Positions 1 through 9,600 of a stretch of 64,000 bases of DNA are shown piece by piece. The stretch is from Vulcanimicrobiota bacterium (GTDB lineage: Bacteria > Vulcanimicrobiota > Vulcanimicrobiia > Vulcanimicrobiales > Vulcanimicrobiaceae): NCBI GenBank assembly GCA_963723635.1, contig CAVRRP010000017.1, forward strand, positions 11,356 through 75,355. The letters run 5' to 3'. Positions within the stretch are counted from its first letter, which is position 1. The number at the start of each line of letters is the position of its first letter. Below the pieces are notes generated by a model, which ran no database searches, was not told the DNA's origin, and was given only the letters and a program-made list of their open reading frames with translations. The position numbers and the translations under genes were made by a program.

Positions 1-26
1 CGACCATCGATGGCTATTTCGGCAAT

Positions 27-1007
27 GTGCAAAGGACTGACGCGGTCGACTATAATGCGGCGAGCCATCCCTCGCGCTTGACGCTTTCGCTCCCACAGTA
101 TCCAGGCGTCACACCGGTTTTTGAGACGCGGGCATGGCTTTGGGACGGCAACGACCGTCTTCTCAGCTGCGTCCTGGTCAACGGACAATGCACCGGTACA
201 CTGTTCTCGCTCGAAGGCCTCGGGGAGTACGATCCGGCCGCGGGCTTGGTTTGGATCAACGATCGTAATCGGGCGGGTCAGGTGGTCATAGGGCACAACG
301 CGAAAGCGTTCACGGGGTGGTCAGATTCAATGAGCGGCCCGTTTATATCCTGGCAGACGTCTGCGTCGGGATACGGTAACGGCGCAAACGACCCATGCAG
401 CTCAGTTGATTCAAACAATTGCTATCTGCACGACGGAAAGCTCACCGCCGACGGATGGACACTTGGAAGAGATACGTGGCAAGGTGTTCGCACCTATGAC
501 GGCAGCGTAGGGCAATGGAATACGCCAGACGCCTACGCCGGCGACGTGCACGATCCCATGAGCCAGAAGCCATTTATGTGGAACCGGAATAATCCATACC
601 AATATCACGATCCCACCGGGTACTGCGTCGGAGTGTTAACGCTACCATGCGCGGCGGGCGTAGCTATCGAAACTGGGATCACGGCTGCGGGGGCAGCATT
701 GGGTGGGGTCATCGTAGCAGGCGCGGGAGTTCTGGTCGTCGCGACTGCGGGTCCCGCCGGAGAGACACCTGAACGCCTCGCGGACCTCAAGAAGAAAGAA
801 GCGGAACATACGACGAATCGGTCGCCGTCGAACTTACCGAAACATGAACAGGGACAGGCGCGCAAGGGACAGGATTATGGTGGCGAAAAAGGCGACGATC
901 GTCGTAGGGAGCCGAGGAAACCAGACCACGACGAGCACAAGGGACCATATCCGCCGCCGCCAGATACGACCTGCCCGATATGCAAGGCACGGCTTCGTGA
1001 GAAGTAG
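27..1007 (+). CDS. RHS repeat-associated core protein with C-terminal polymorphic toxin tip (5' part lies outside the window)
   Basis: RHS core signature RTYDGSVGQWNTPDAYAG...NNPYQYHDPTG, then a hydrophobic Gly/Ala segment and a short basic tip (EHTTNRSPSNLPKHEQGQARK); lower GC than flanks. Confidence 0.8.
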   Translation: MQRTDAVDYNAASHPSRLTLSLPQYPGVTPVFETRAWLWDGNDRLLSCVLVNGQCTGTLFSLEGLGEYDPAAGLVWINDRNRAGQVVIGHNAKAFTGWSDSMSGPFISWQTSASGYGNGANDPCSSVDSNNCYLHDGKLTADGWTLGRDTWQGVRTYDGSVGQWNTPDAYAGDVHDPMSQKPFMWNRNNPYQYHDPTGYCVGVLTLPCAAGVAIETGITAAGAALGGVIVAGAGVLVVATAGPAGETPERLADLKKKEAEHTTNRSPSNLPKHEQGQARKGQDYGGEKGDDRRREPRKPDHDEHKGPYPPPPDTTCPICKARLREK

Positions 1008-1009
1008 AG

Positions 1010-1495
1010 TTGGTGAACAATATGGACGAAGTTGCGGCTGACGCACTTTACGAATCAGCGATAAGCGAAATGCGGTCGCCAAACCCCGATAACGCGAATA
1101 TTATCGCGGCGCTACGAAAAGCTCTAGATGCAGGCAACCCGCGCGCGGCATACGCGCTGGCAACGTGGTATCTCCATGGAAAGAACGTGCCCCAAGACTA
1201 CGTGGAAGCCGTGAAGCTACTCCGTATCGCAGTTAAGGCCCATGTCCCGAGCGCGCTGTACGATCTCGCCGCATGCTATGTAAACGGAGAAGGTGTCGAT
1301 AAGGACCCGTGGGAAGCTTTTCGATTATACTTGCTGGCGGCTTTGCATGGGGATGACCAGGCCGTCTTCAAAGTCGGTCGCGCGTACTATTACGGCTTTG
1401 GAGTGCCTGAAGACCGGCGAGTCGCCATGATTTGGCTCGATCGAGCAGACGAACTAGGAACCTACGAGTCGGAGCCGGCGACGGAAATCGAATGA
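1010..1495 (+). CDS. Sel1-like repeat protein, candidate immunity protein
   Basis: Three SLR motifs (AAYALATWYLHGKNVPQDYVEA; ALYDLAACYVNGEGVDKDPWEA; AVFKVGRAYYYGFGVPEDRRVA); starts 2 nt after the RHS stop; alternative ATG at 1022. Confidence 0.85.
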   Translation: MVNNMDEVAADALYESAISEMRSPNPDNANIIAALRKALDAGNPRAAYALATWYLHGKNVPQDYVEAVKLLRIAVKAHVPSALYDLAACYVNGEGVDKDPWEAFRLYLLAALHGDDQAVFKVGRAYYYGFGVPEDRRVAMIWLDRADELGTYESEPATEIE

Positions 1496-1668
1496 TACGC
1501 CGCGGGTCCTCCGAGGTTCACGTCTGCTACATCTCGTGCATTATCTAATCGCTCAGCTGATTTGTCCGACGGCGACCGAGGCGCCCGCGGATCGAGCGCT
1601 CTTGGAGACATGGATTTGCGTAACTCCGTTCAGTATTCGCGAACGTTCGCGGTCGCGGCAGGCGCAGT

Positions 1669-2025
1669 TTACCTTGCCGCGTCCGTCAGCCGCTGCAGCG
1701 CTTCGGCGCGGTCGTTGCAGAACGGCGCACCCGCCAGTGATGCCGCTCCCGTGATCCAGGCCGGATTTTGGCGGGGGACGACGACCGCGAACGGGGTGCC
1801 GTGGCGCAGCCGGCGGCGCAGGAACAGCACGAGGTCCATCGCGATCATGCCGTCGACCGAGCGTACGGCGGCGAGGTCGATGATCAGCGGCGCGCTCGTG
1901 CTCCGTGCGCGCTCAAGCTGTTCAGACACCGTGCCGAACCGTTCGGGCGTCAAGTCGCCGTCGAACGCGAGAATCGCCGGAACCGCTGGAGCTACAGGAG
2001 CCGCCGAAGCCGAATCGTCGTCCAC
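1669..2025 (-). CDS. STAS-domain (anti-sigma factor antagonist-like) protein
   Basis: LAFDGDL...LIIDLAAVRSVDG motif; TAGTAT-N6-GTG leaderless-type start. Confidence 0.65.
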   Translation of the reverse strand: MDDDSASAAPVAPAVPAILAFDGDLTPERFGTVSEQLERARSTSAPLIIDLAAVRSVDGMIAMDLVLFLRRRLRHGTPFAVVVPRQNPAWITGAASLAGAPFCNDRAEALQRLTDAAR

Positions 2026-2064
2026 GCAGAGATACTACGGCCCGCGCGGGCCGCGTCCCCGCCG

Positions 2065-3093
2065 TCAGCGGATGAAGAACAATCCCCCGATTCCCAGCAC
2101 GTAGATCGCGAGCACCAGCAGCGAGTCGATGCCCGCGCCCAGCAGCATCTTCTTCGAGCGCAGGATCACGCCGACGACATAGACCGCGGTGAGTAGCGCG
2201 CCGAGCGCCGTGAGGTACAGGTCCGGCCCCTGCGCGTCGGGCAGCAGCGCCTGACCGCTCAATAGCGTGCCGAGCAGAAACAGCACCGGCAGGAACGCGT
2301 TCCCCGCGATGATGTCGCTCATCGCGAGCTCGTACCGGCCCGCGCGCACCGCGTACAGCCCTGTCGTGAGCTCGGGCAAGGCGGTCACCGCAGCGAGGAT
2401 CGTCGCGCCGAAGATGACCCCTTGCATGTGAAACCGCGTCGCGACGACGTCGCTGCTCAGCGCGAGGGCCACGCCGCACCCCAGCGTCACGAGCGCGGCG
2501 ACCGCAAAAAGCGCGAACACCTGCGACAGCGGCCGGCGCTGCGGCGCGACGAACGCCGACGCCTCGGCGATCTCCTCGCGCGCGGTGCGCCAGCCCTGAT
2601 GGTCCTCGTGCCGCTGAATCAGGAAGAGGCTCGCGATCCACGCGAGCAGGATCGCGATCTCCGCGGGCGTCGTGCGCGCGATGACCAGGTCGCGCGGCGA
2701 CAGCGCGCCCAGGATGCACAGCATGAGGATCGCGATGAGCACGAGCCCTTCCAGCGCGATCGTCAGCGACGGGACCAGCGACGACAGCGGCACCTTTGAG
2801 CGCAGTCCGGGACCGTCCAGCAGCACCAGCACGACCATTTGGATGGCGATACCGCCGAGGATGTTGCCGACGGCCAGCGAGAGGTTGTGGCTGTAGACGC
2901 AGCCGACGATGATCGCGACCTCGGGCAAGTTGGTCGCGACCGCGAGGAACACGGCGCCGCCCATTCCCTCGCCCCACCCGAAGTGCGCGTCGATCGCATC
3001 CGTGGTCGACGCCAAGATTCCGCCGGCCCACCAGATCAGCGCGCCGGCGGCGATGAAGATCGCGAGAATCACCGGCGTCGCAAGCGTGCTCAC
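2065..3093 (-). CDS. Sodium/calcium exchanger family (CaCA) membrane protein
   Basis: Two alpha-repeats (LAVATNLPE...GNILGG; LAAVTALPE...DIIAGN), about 10 TM segments; GTG start after GAGG. Confidence 0.85.
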   Translation of the reverse strand: MSTLATPVILAIFIAAGALIWWAGGILASTTDAIDAHFGWGEGMGGAVFLAVATNLPEVAIIVGCVYSHNLSLAVGNILGGIAIQMVVLVLLDGPGLRSKVPLSSLVPSLTIALEGLVLIAILMLCILGALSPRDLVIARTTPAEIAILLAWIASLFLIQRHEDHQGWRTAREEIAEASAFVAPQRRPLSQVFALFAVAALVTLGCGVALALSSDVVATRFHMQGVIFGATILAAVTALPELTTGLYAVRAGRYELAMSDIIAGNAFLPVLFLLGTLLSGQALLPDAQGPDLYLTALGALLTAVYVVGVILRSKKMLLGAGIDSLLVLAIYVLGIGGLFFIR

Positions 3094-3156
3094 CCGCCTC
3101 TGTTTCCCCGCCGGCGCGGTCCGACGCAAGAAAGCGAGGCCTCGGCGGCCAGCGAT

Positions 3157-5433
3157 TCAGCGAACGCTGAAGCCTACGCGGCCGCTGCGCGGCACCGGAT
3201 CGCCGACCGTGAACGTCACCGCGTCCGCGCGCGCGCCGTCGCGTGCACGCAGCGTCCAGCGCCCGCGCGCGAGCGGCAGCGTCCAGCGCGCGCCGTGCGC
3301 CGCGACTCGCGCGCCGTTCAGCTCCCACATCGGCAGCGAGGCGCCGCGCGCCACGACCGCGATGCGCGCGCCCGGCGCGGCGACGAAGACGTCGCCGTCG
3401 TGCGGCGCGACGATGCGCAGCGATTCGCCGCGGTGGGCCGGCTGCGCGGCGAGCCACGCGTCGTAGCTGCGGTCGAGCGGGCGCGGCGGCGCCTTCCATG
3501 CGACGACGTCGCGCGCGTCCAGCCATTCACCCACGACGCTCTCGCAATCGCGCGTCGCGCGGACGCCGGTCGTCGCGCACATCGGCTTGCGCGCGTACCC
3601 GCGCGGCGCGGCGAACGGTGCGGGCGGCACGCGTTCGGCGAGATGCCGGATGATCCGGTTCCACAGCGGCGCGGCGCCGGTCACGCCGCTGACGCGCTGC
3701 ATCGGCGCGCCGTCGAAGTTGCCCACCCACGTTGCCACCGTGTAGTCGCGCGTAAATCCCACGGCCCACGTGTCGCGAAAATCCGACGACGTACCGGTCT
3801 TCACCGCGCTCGCGAACGGCGTGCGCAGCAGCGACGCGACGCCGAAGGCACGCGCCCGCGCATGCGCATCGGCGAGGATATCGGTCACGAGCGCCCATTC
3901 GGATGTCGCGCCCACGTCCGCATCACTTCTGTCCGCCGTCTGCATCGCTGTCGCAGCCGCGTCCTTTACGCCGGCATCTGCCGCACCATCCGCGCCGGTG
4001 AGCGCGTGCACGTGCACCAGCCGGCCGCCGGCGGCAACCGCTGCGTACGCGCCCGCGAGCTCCTCGAGCGTCACCTCGCCGTCGCCCAGCGCGAGCCCGA
4101 GCCCGTAATGGTCCGCATCCTTCGTCAGATGCCGAAACCCCAGCGCGCGCAGCCGGTCGAGAAATGTCCCCACGCCCACGCCGCTGAGCACGCGCACCGC
4201 CGGTACGTTGAGCGAATCGGCCAGCGCGATGCGCGCGCGCACGGGGCCCGCGAAGCGTTCGCTGTAGTCGCCGGGACTATAAGAACGCGCGCCGGGCAAA
4301 CCGTACGTCGCGGGCACGTCGGCGAGGATCGTCGTCGGGCGCACCACGCGCCGCTCGAACGCGAGCTCGTACAGGAACGGCTTGAGCGTCGAGCCGGGCT
4401 GGCGCAGCGCGACGACGCCGTCGTTCTTGCCGGCGCCCGCGCGCGCGAAGTAGTCGGCGGACCCGACGTAGGCCAGGATCGCGCCGTCGCGGTTGTCGAG
4501 CACGATCGCCGCGCCGTCGCGCGCGCGCCGTTCGCGCAAATCGCCGACGACTTGCCGCGTCGCGTTCTCCGCGAACGCTTGCAGCTCGCCGTCGAGCGTC
4601 GTGCGCACGCGCGTCGCGTCCGGCGCTTCGCCGCCCGCGAGCCGGAAGAGCAGGTGCGGCGCGGCCGCGATCCCGTCGCTGCGCGGCAGTACGTCGACGC
4701 GCTCCGCCGCCGCGCGCGCCGCGTCCTCCGCCGAAGCGGCGCCCGTGGCGACCATGCGCGCCAGCACCGCGCGCCGCCGCGCTTCGAGCGCGCCGCGGTG
4801 CGCGTACGGGTCGAGCCGCACGGGATCGTTGGGCAGCGCCGCCAAGAACGCGGCGTGCGCGAGGTCGAGCTCGCTCGCCGCCGTCCCGAAGTACGTGCGC
4901 GCGCCGGCCTCCACGCCGGTGAGGTCGCCGCCCATCGGCACCCGGTTCACGTACGCTTCGAGGATCGCGCTCTTGGGCGTGCCCGCCTCGATGCGCCGTG
5001 CGAGAACCATCTCGCCGAGCTTGCCGGCGAAGGTGCGCGGAAGATCGAAGCGCAGCCGCGCGAGCTGCATCGTGATGGTTGAACCGCCGGACACGACGTG
5101 CCCGGTCCGCGCGAGCTGCCAGGCCGCGCGCGCGAGCGCGACCGGATCGATGCCGTCGTGCTGCGCGAACCGCGCGTCCTCGGCGCCAATGATCGCGGCG
5201 AGAAAGCGCGGCGAAACGCGCGCGAGCGGCACGCGCACGGCGTGCTCGGTGTCACGCGCGAGCACGGTGCCCAGCACGACGCCGTTGCGGTCTTCGAACG
5301 TGAGCGCGTTCGCGCCGCCCGCGAAGGCGCGCGGGCCGATCGGGCGTGCCGCCACCGCGAGCGCGGCGACGAGCAGCCCGATCAGCAGCGCCTTGCGGCT
5401 ACCAGTACTTCGAGCAGCTTCCGCCCGACGCAT
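3157..5433 (-). CDS. pbpC: Penicillin-binding protein 1C
   Basis: Transglycosylase EDARF/GGSTITMQLAR, transpeptidase SxxK (GSTLKPF), SLN and KTG motifs, C-terminal BiPBP-like region; adjacent to A2M; start uncertain. Confidence 0.9.
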   Translation of the reverse strand: MRRAEAARSTGSRKALLIGLLVAALAVAARPIGPRAFAGGANALTFEDRNGVVLGTVLARDTEHAVRVPLARVSPRFLAAIIGAEDARFAQHDGIDPVALARAAWQLARTGHVVSGGSTITMQLARLRFDLPRTFAGKLGEMVLARRIEAGTPKSAILEAYVNRVPMGGDLTGVEAGARTYFGTAASELDLAHAAFLAALPNDPVRLDPYAHRGALEARRRAVLARMVATGAASAEDAARAAAERVDVLPRSDGIAAAPHLLFRLAGGEAPDATRVRTTLDGELQAFAENATRQVVGDLRERRARDGAAIVLDNRDGAILAYVGSADYFARAGAGKNDGVVALRQPGSTLKPFLYELAFERRVVRPTTILADVPATYGLPGARSYSPGDYSERFAGPVRARIALADSLNVPAVRVLSGVGVGTFLDRLRALGFRHLTKDADHYGLGLALGDGEVTLEELAGAYAAVAAGGRLVHVHALTGADGAADAGVKDAAATAMQTADRSDADVGATSEWALVTDILADAHARARAFGVASLLRTPFASAVKTGTSSDFRDTWAVGFTRDYTVATWVGNFDGAPMQRVSGVTGAAPLWNRIIRHLAERVPPAPFAAPRGYARKPMCATTGVRATRDCESVVGEWLDARDVVAWKAPPRPLDRSYDAWLAAQPAHRGESLRIVAPHDGDVFVAAPGARIAVVARGASLPMWELNGARVAAHGARWTLPLARGRWTLRARDGARADAVTFTVGDPVPRSGRVGFSVR

Positions 5434-6556
5434 TGCAGACTGCGACGTATCCGACGTGCGGCCACGAACTGCTGGTGTCGTCTTCGGTCCAGTCGACACC
5501 CTGACTGCTCGCGTTGTCGTAGTAGTACCGTCCTTGCACGTAGACGTATTGGTTCACCGCGACCCACGGCCAGGTCGTGGGCGGCTGATTGGTCGGCGCC
5601 TGCGCCATCGCATCGAGGTTGGAGACGATCTCGATCTGGTACCCCGACGGCATCTGCACGTAGAAGTAGCCGTGTCTGCCGCTCGTCGTCGTCTTCGCCG
5701 GCAGCACCTGCGTCACGGTGCCGCAGATGTCGACGAACTGGTCCGCGGAGATCGTGCCGTTGGCGAAATTGCTTTGGTCGGTGAGGAATTGCTGGTTGTT
5801 GCACGCGTACGGCGTGCTCGTCGGCGTTGCGGTCGGCGCCGGCGTGGGCGTTGCGGTCGGCGTGGGCGTTGGGCGGCCCGTCGGCGTCGCGGTGGGGACC
5901 GGCGTGGCCGTCGGGACGCCGGTCGGGGTCGGGGTCGGGGCCGGCGTCGGTGTCGGATTTCCGCCGGACCAGGCAACGTCGTCAACCCACAGGCCGGCAT
6001 AATACCCGCTCGCGCCGTTGGCGTGCACGCCGAGGTAGATGACGACGCTCTGGCCGGCGTACGCGCTGACGTCGTACGTGCGCAGCGTCCAGCCGCTGGT
6101 CGAGAGTCCCTTGTAGAGCGTACTGAGCACCGTGGACCGGTTGGCCGCACTGCGCAAGCTGATCTCTTGGTACGCGTACGTCGTCGAGGTTTCGTTGGTC
6201 TTCTCGTTGGTCCACAGCGTCAGCTTCGGCGACCCGGTGGGAACGGTGACCTGCTGGCACAAAGCGGCGTTGCCGTTGGGCTCGCTCGACGCGCTGCCCG
6301 CCTGCATCGCGTACGAACCGCTGTGCACGGTCGTCGACTGCACTTGCGCGTTCACCGAACCGCACTGCGTCCAGATCGTCGTGCCGCCGCTTTCGAAGCC
6401 CGGATCCGCAAGCGCGCCCGTGGCGTCCAGCGGCGCGCGCTGGGTTGCCGCGGCGGCGGAGGTGCGGCTCGCGACCGTGCTGACTGCACCGCCGCCGGCG
6501 CAACCAGCGGCAAAAAGCACGGTGACGATAGCCGCCGTGAACCGTGGGGTGAGCAT
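5399..6556 (-). CDS. Exported lipoprotein: beta-sandwich/CBM-like domain, Pro-Thr linker, C-terminal DUF3465-like OB-fold
   Basis: Lipobox FAAGC; DPGFESG domain start; PTPTP linker; GTVTQVLP...GRHGYFYVQMPSG...IVSNLD resembles DUF3465. Confidence 0.7.
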   Translation of the reverse strand: MLTPRFTAAIVTVLFAAGCAGGGAVSTVASRTSAAAATQRAPLDATGALADPGFESGGTTIWTQCGSVNAQVQSTTVHSGSYAMQAGSASSEPNGNAALCQQVTVPTGSPKLTLWTNEKTNETSTTYAYQEISLRSAANRSTVLSTLYKGLSTSGWTLRTYDVSAYAGQSVVIYLGVHANGASGYYAGLWVDDVAWSGGNPTPTPAPTPTPTGVPTATPVPTATPTGRPTPTPTATPTPAPTATPTSTPYACNNQQFLTDQSNFANGTISADQFVDICGTVTQVLPAKTTTSGRHGYFYVQMPSGYQIEIVSNLDAMAQAPTNQPPTTWPWVAVNQYVYVQGRYYYDNASSQGVDWTEDDTSSSWPHVGYVAVCNASGGSCSKYW

Positions 6557-6676
6557 GAAAAGGTCTCCGTTCATCAGCCCGTAGAGGAGTCAGAGAGTCC
6601 TCGTACAGTGCGACGGTGCGCAAGACGCACCTGCGAAACGGAATCAGTGTGACGCCGCGCGAAGAGCGGTCGCGAC

Positions 6677-9600
6677 GTGATCCGGCTTGCGCGTCGCGCA
6701 TCCGCCTTTGCCGCGTTGGCCGTCGCGCTTTTCGCGACCGGCTGCACTTCGCATGCTCCGGCGACGACGAAGGCCGAGCCGCTCCCGACGGTCTCGCCGC
6801 TGCCGTCGCCTGCGGCGCACGCCCCGATCGCATCGATCGCGCCGCAAGGCGACGCCGACGTGCTCGCGCAGATTCGCGTCCGCTTCAGCGACGACCTGAT
6901 CCCGCTTCAGCGCCTGGAATCACCCGACGAAACGGCGATCCTCGCGCACTTCGCCGTGGAGCCGGCGCTGCCGGGCCGCTTCCGCTTCCTCACGCCGCGC
7001 ATGATCGGCTTCGAAGCCGACCGCGCCTGGCCGGCCGCGACGCGGGTGCGCGTCACGATCGCAAAGGGACTGCAAGACCTGCACGGTCACGCGCTCGCCG
7101 ACGACGTGGCGTGGACGTTCCAAACGCCGGGGATCGCGCTCGACGGTCTGCCCGCACGAGACGATGCGGCGCCAACGACGCTGCGCCCGACGATCGAGTT
7201 CGCGTCCAACGTCGCGCTCGACCGTGCTTCGCTCGAAGCGCACGCGCGCATCCGCGCTCACGGCGATACCGGGGACGGCATCGCGCTCACCGTGCCGCCC
7301 GACACCGCGAGCCCAAGCCCATCGCCGGCGGCGACCGACCCCGGCGAGGCGTTCGATCCGTCGCAGCACGACCACCGCTATGCGCTCGTGCCCGCGACCG
7401 AGCTTGCGAAGGGCAAGCAGTACGACGTCCTGATCGAACCCGGCGTGCTGCCGCGCGACGGCAACCTCCCGAGCGATCGCGAGTTCACCGGCAAGCTCCG
7501 CACGCACGACGACTTGCGCTTCGTCGGCCCCGGTCATAACCCGGCGGGCCGGTTCGCCGCCGGCGACCCGAAGCTCGCGTTCACCACGCCGATCGACGCG
7601 AAGTCGCTGAGCGCGCTCGCGCTGAGCCCCGCACCGCCCAAAGGTTCCACGGTCTTCGCCGTGTTCGACACCGATGTCGGCATCAACGCGTCGCTGCTCG
7701 CGCCCAACACGTCGTACGACGTCACCATCGGCCCGGCGCTGCAAGACACGTTCGGGCAGAAGCTCGGCAAAGAGCAGCACGCCACGTTCCGCACCGGCGA
7801 CCTCACGCCCGACGTGTGGGCGCCCGGCGGCACCAATCTCTTCCCGTCGTCGCGCGACGTGCGGCTCAACGTCGTCGCCGTCAACGCGCCGCCGGACGTG
7901 CAGGCGACGTTCCGCGCGCTGCGTCCGGTCGACATCGTGCAGTATCCCGACCCGGACGCGTACGGCAAGGGCGACGTGCTCGGCGACGCGACGGGCTGGC
8001 CCCGTTTCGACGCGCAGGGCCCGCACAACGTGGAGCGCACGATCGAGATCCCGCTGCGCGCGAAGCTCGGCGCGCCGGCAGGCGTGCTCGCGTACGGCGT
8101 GCGCGCGAAGCTGCCGCGGCAAGAGGAGCCGTTCCTCGCGAGCGGCGCCGTGCAGCTGACGAACCTCGGCGTGTTCGCGCAGTGGTTTCCCGACGGCGGG
8201 AACGTGCGCGTGCACCACATCGCCGACGGGACGCCGGCGGGCGGCGCGCGCGTCGACGTGTATCCGTCGCAGGCCGACGCGGAGTCGAAGACGGCGCCTG
8301 TCGTGTGCGCGAGCGCGACGACAAATGCGGCGGGCGTCGCGCAGTTCGCGGGCGGTGCGTTCGCGCGCTGCGCGGCCGGCGACAAGGGCGAGAACAGCGC
8401 GCCGTCGTTTGTGACGGTTGTGCGGCTGGGCGCCGACTGGACGTACGTGCGCACGAACGACTCCAGCGGCGCGTACGCGGGCGACTTCTACAACGGCTGG
8501 TCGTCGTCGACGCCGATCGTGCGCGGCGACATCTTCTCGGACCGCGAGCTCTACCAGCCCGGCGAGACGGCGCAGATGACGGCCGCCGGCTGGTTCTTGG
8601 TGGACGGCGTGCTGCGCCGCGGCAAGGCGCCGTCGTACGCGATCACGCTGGAGCTTCCCAACGGCGACAAGCGCGATCTGGGCCGCCGCGCGCTCGACGA
8701 GTTCGGCACGTTCACACTGCCGGTATCGATCGCGAAGGACGCGGCGCTCGGAAACTACGTGGTGCGCGCGGACGCGGGCAACGGCGAGTCGATCACCGGC
8801 ACGTTCCGCGTCGCGGAGTTCAAGCCGCCCAACTTCAAGGTGGACCTCGCGCTCGACCACACCGTCGTGCAGCGTGGTGCGACGGTCGCGGGCACGGCGG
8901 CGAACGCGTACCTGTTCGGCGCGCCGCTCGCGGGCGCGTCGACGAAGTTCACCGTCACGCGCAGCACCACGTCGTTCACACCCAAAGGCCGCGACGCGTA
9001 CACGTTCGGGCGCCAGTGGTTCTGGCCCGAACAGCAGCCCGACGCGTCGACCGACGTGCTCGAATCGACCGTCACCGACGACGCGAACGGCAAGGCGTCC
9101 GTCAGCGTGCCGGTCGCGAGCGATCTCCCGTACGCGATGACGTACGAGGTCGATTCGGAGACGACCGACGCGTCGAACATTGCGGTCGCCGACAGCAAGT
9201 CGTTCACGGCGCTGCCGTACGACACGCTGATCGGCGTGAAGACGGACGATGTCGGCACCGCGGGCACGCCGCTCGCGATCGCGGTGCTCGCAACCGACCC
9301 GGCCGGCGCCGCGCGCTCGGGAACCAACGTGCACGTCGAGCTGCAGCGCGCGACGTACGCGAGCGCGACGCAAATCGTGGAGGGCGCGGAAGAACCGGTG
9401 CAGTCCGTGTCGTACGCGACGGTCGCGAGCGGCGACGTCACCAGCGCCGCGGCGCCGGCGACGGTCAAGCTGACGCCGGACAAGCCCGGAACGTACCGCG
9501 TGCGCGCCGCCGTCGCGGGCGCGAGCGACGCGGCGACCGAGACCGACGCCGAAGTGTTCGTCGGCGGCAGCGGCGAGACGGCGTGGTACGCGCGCGATCC

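Noticed and set aside
5815-5960. Imperfect short tandem repeats
   Set aside because: They simply encode the Pro-Thr linker of the lipoprotein.
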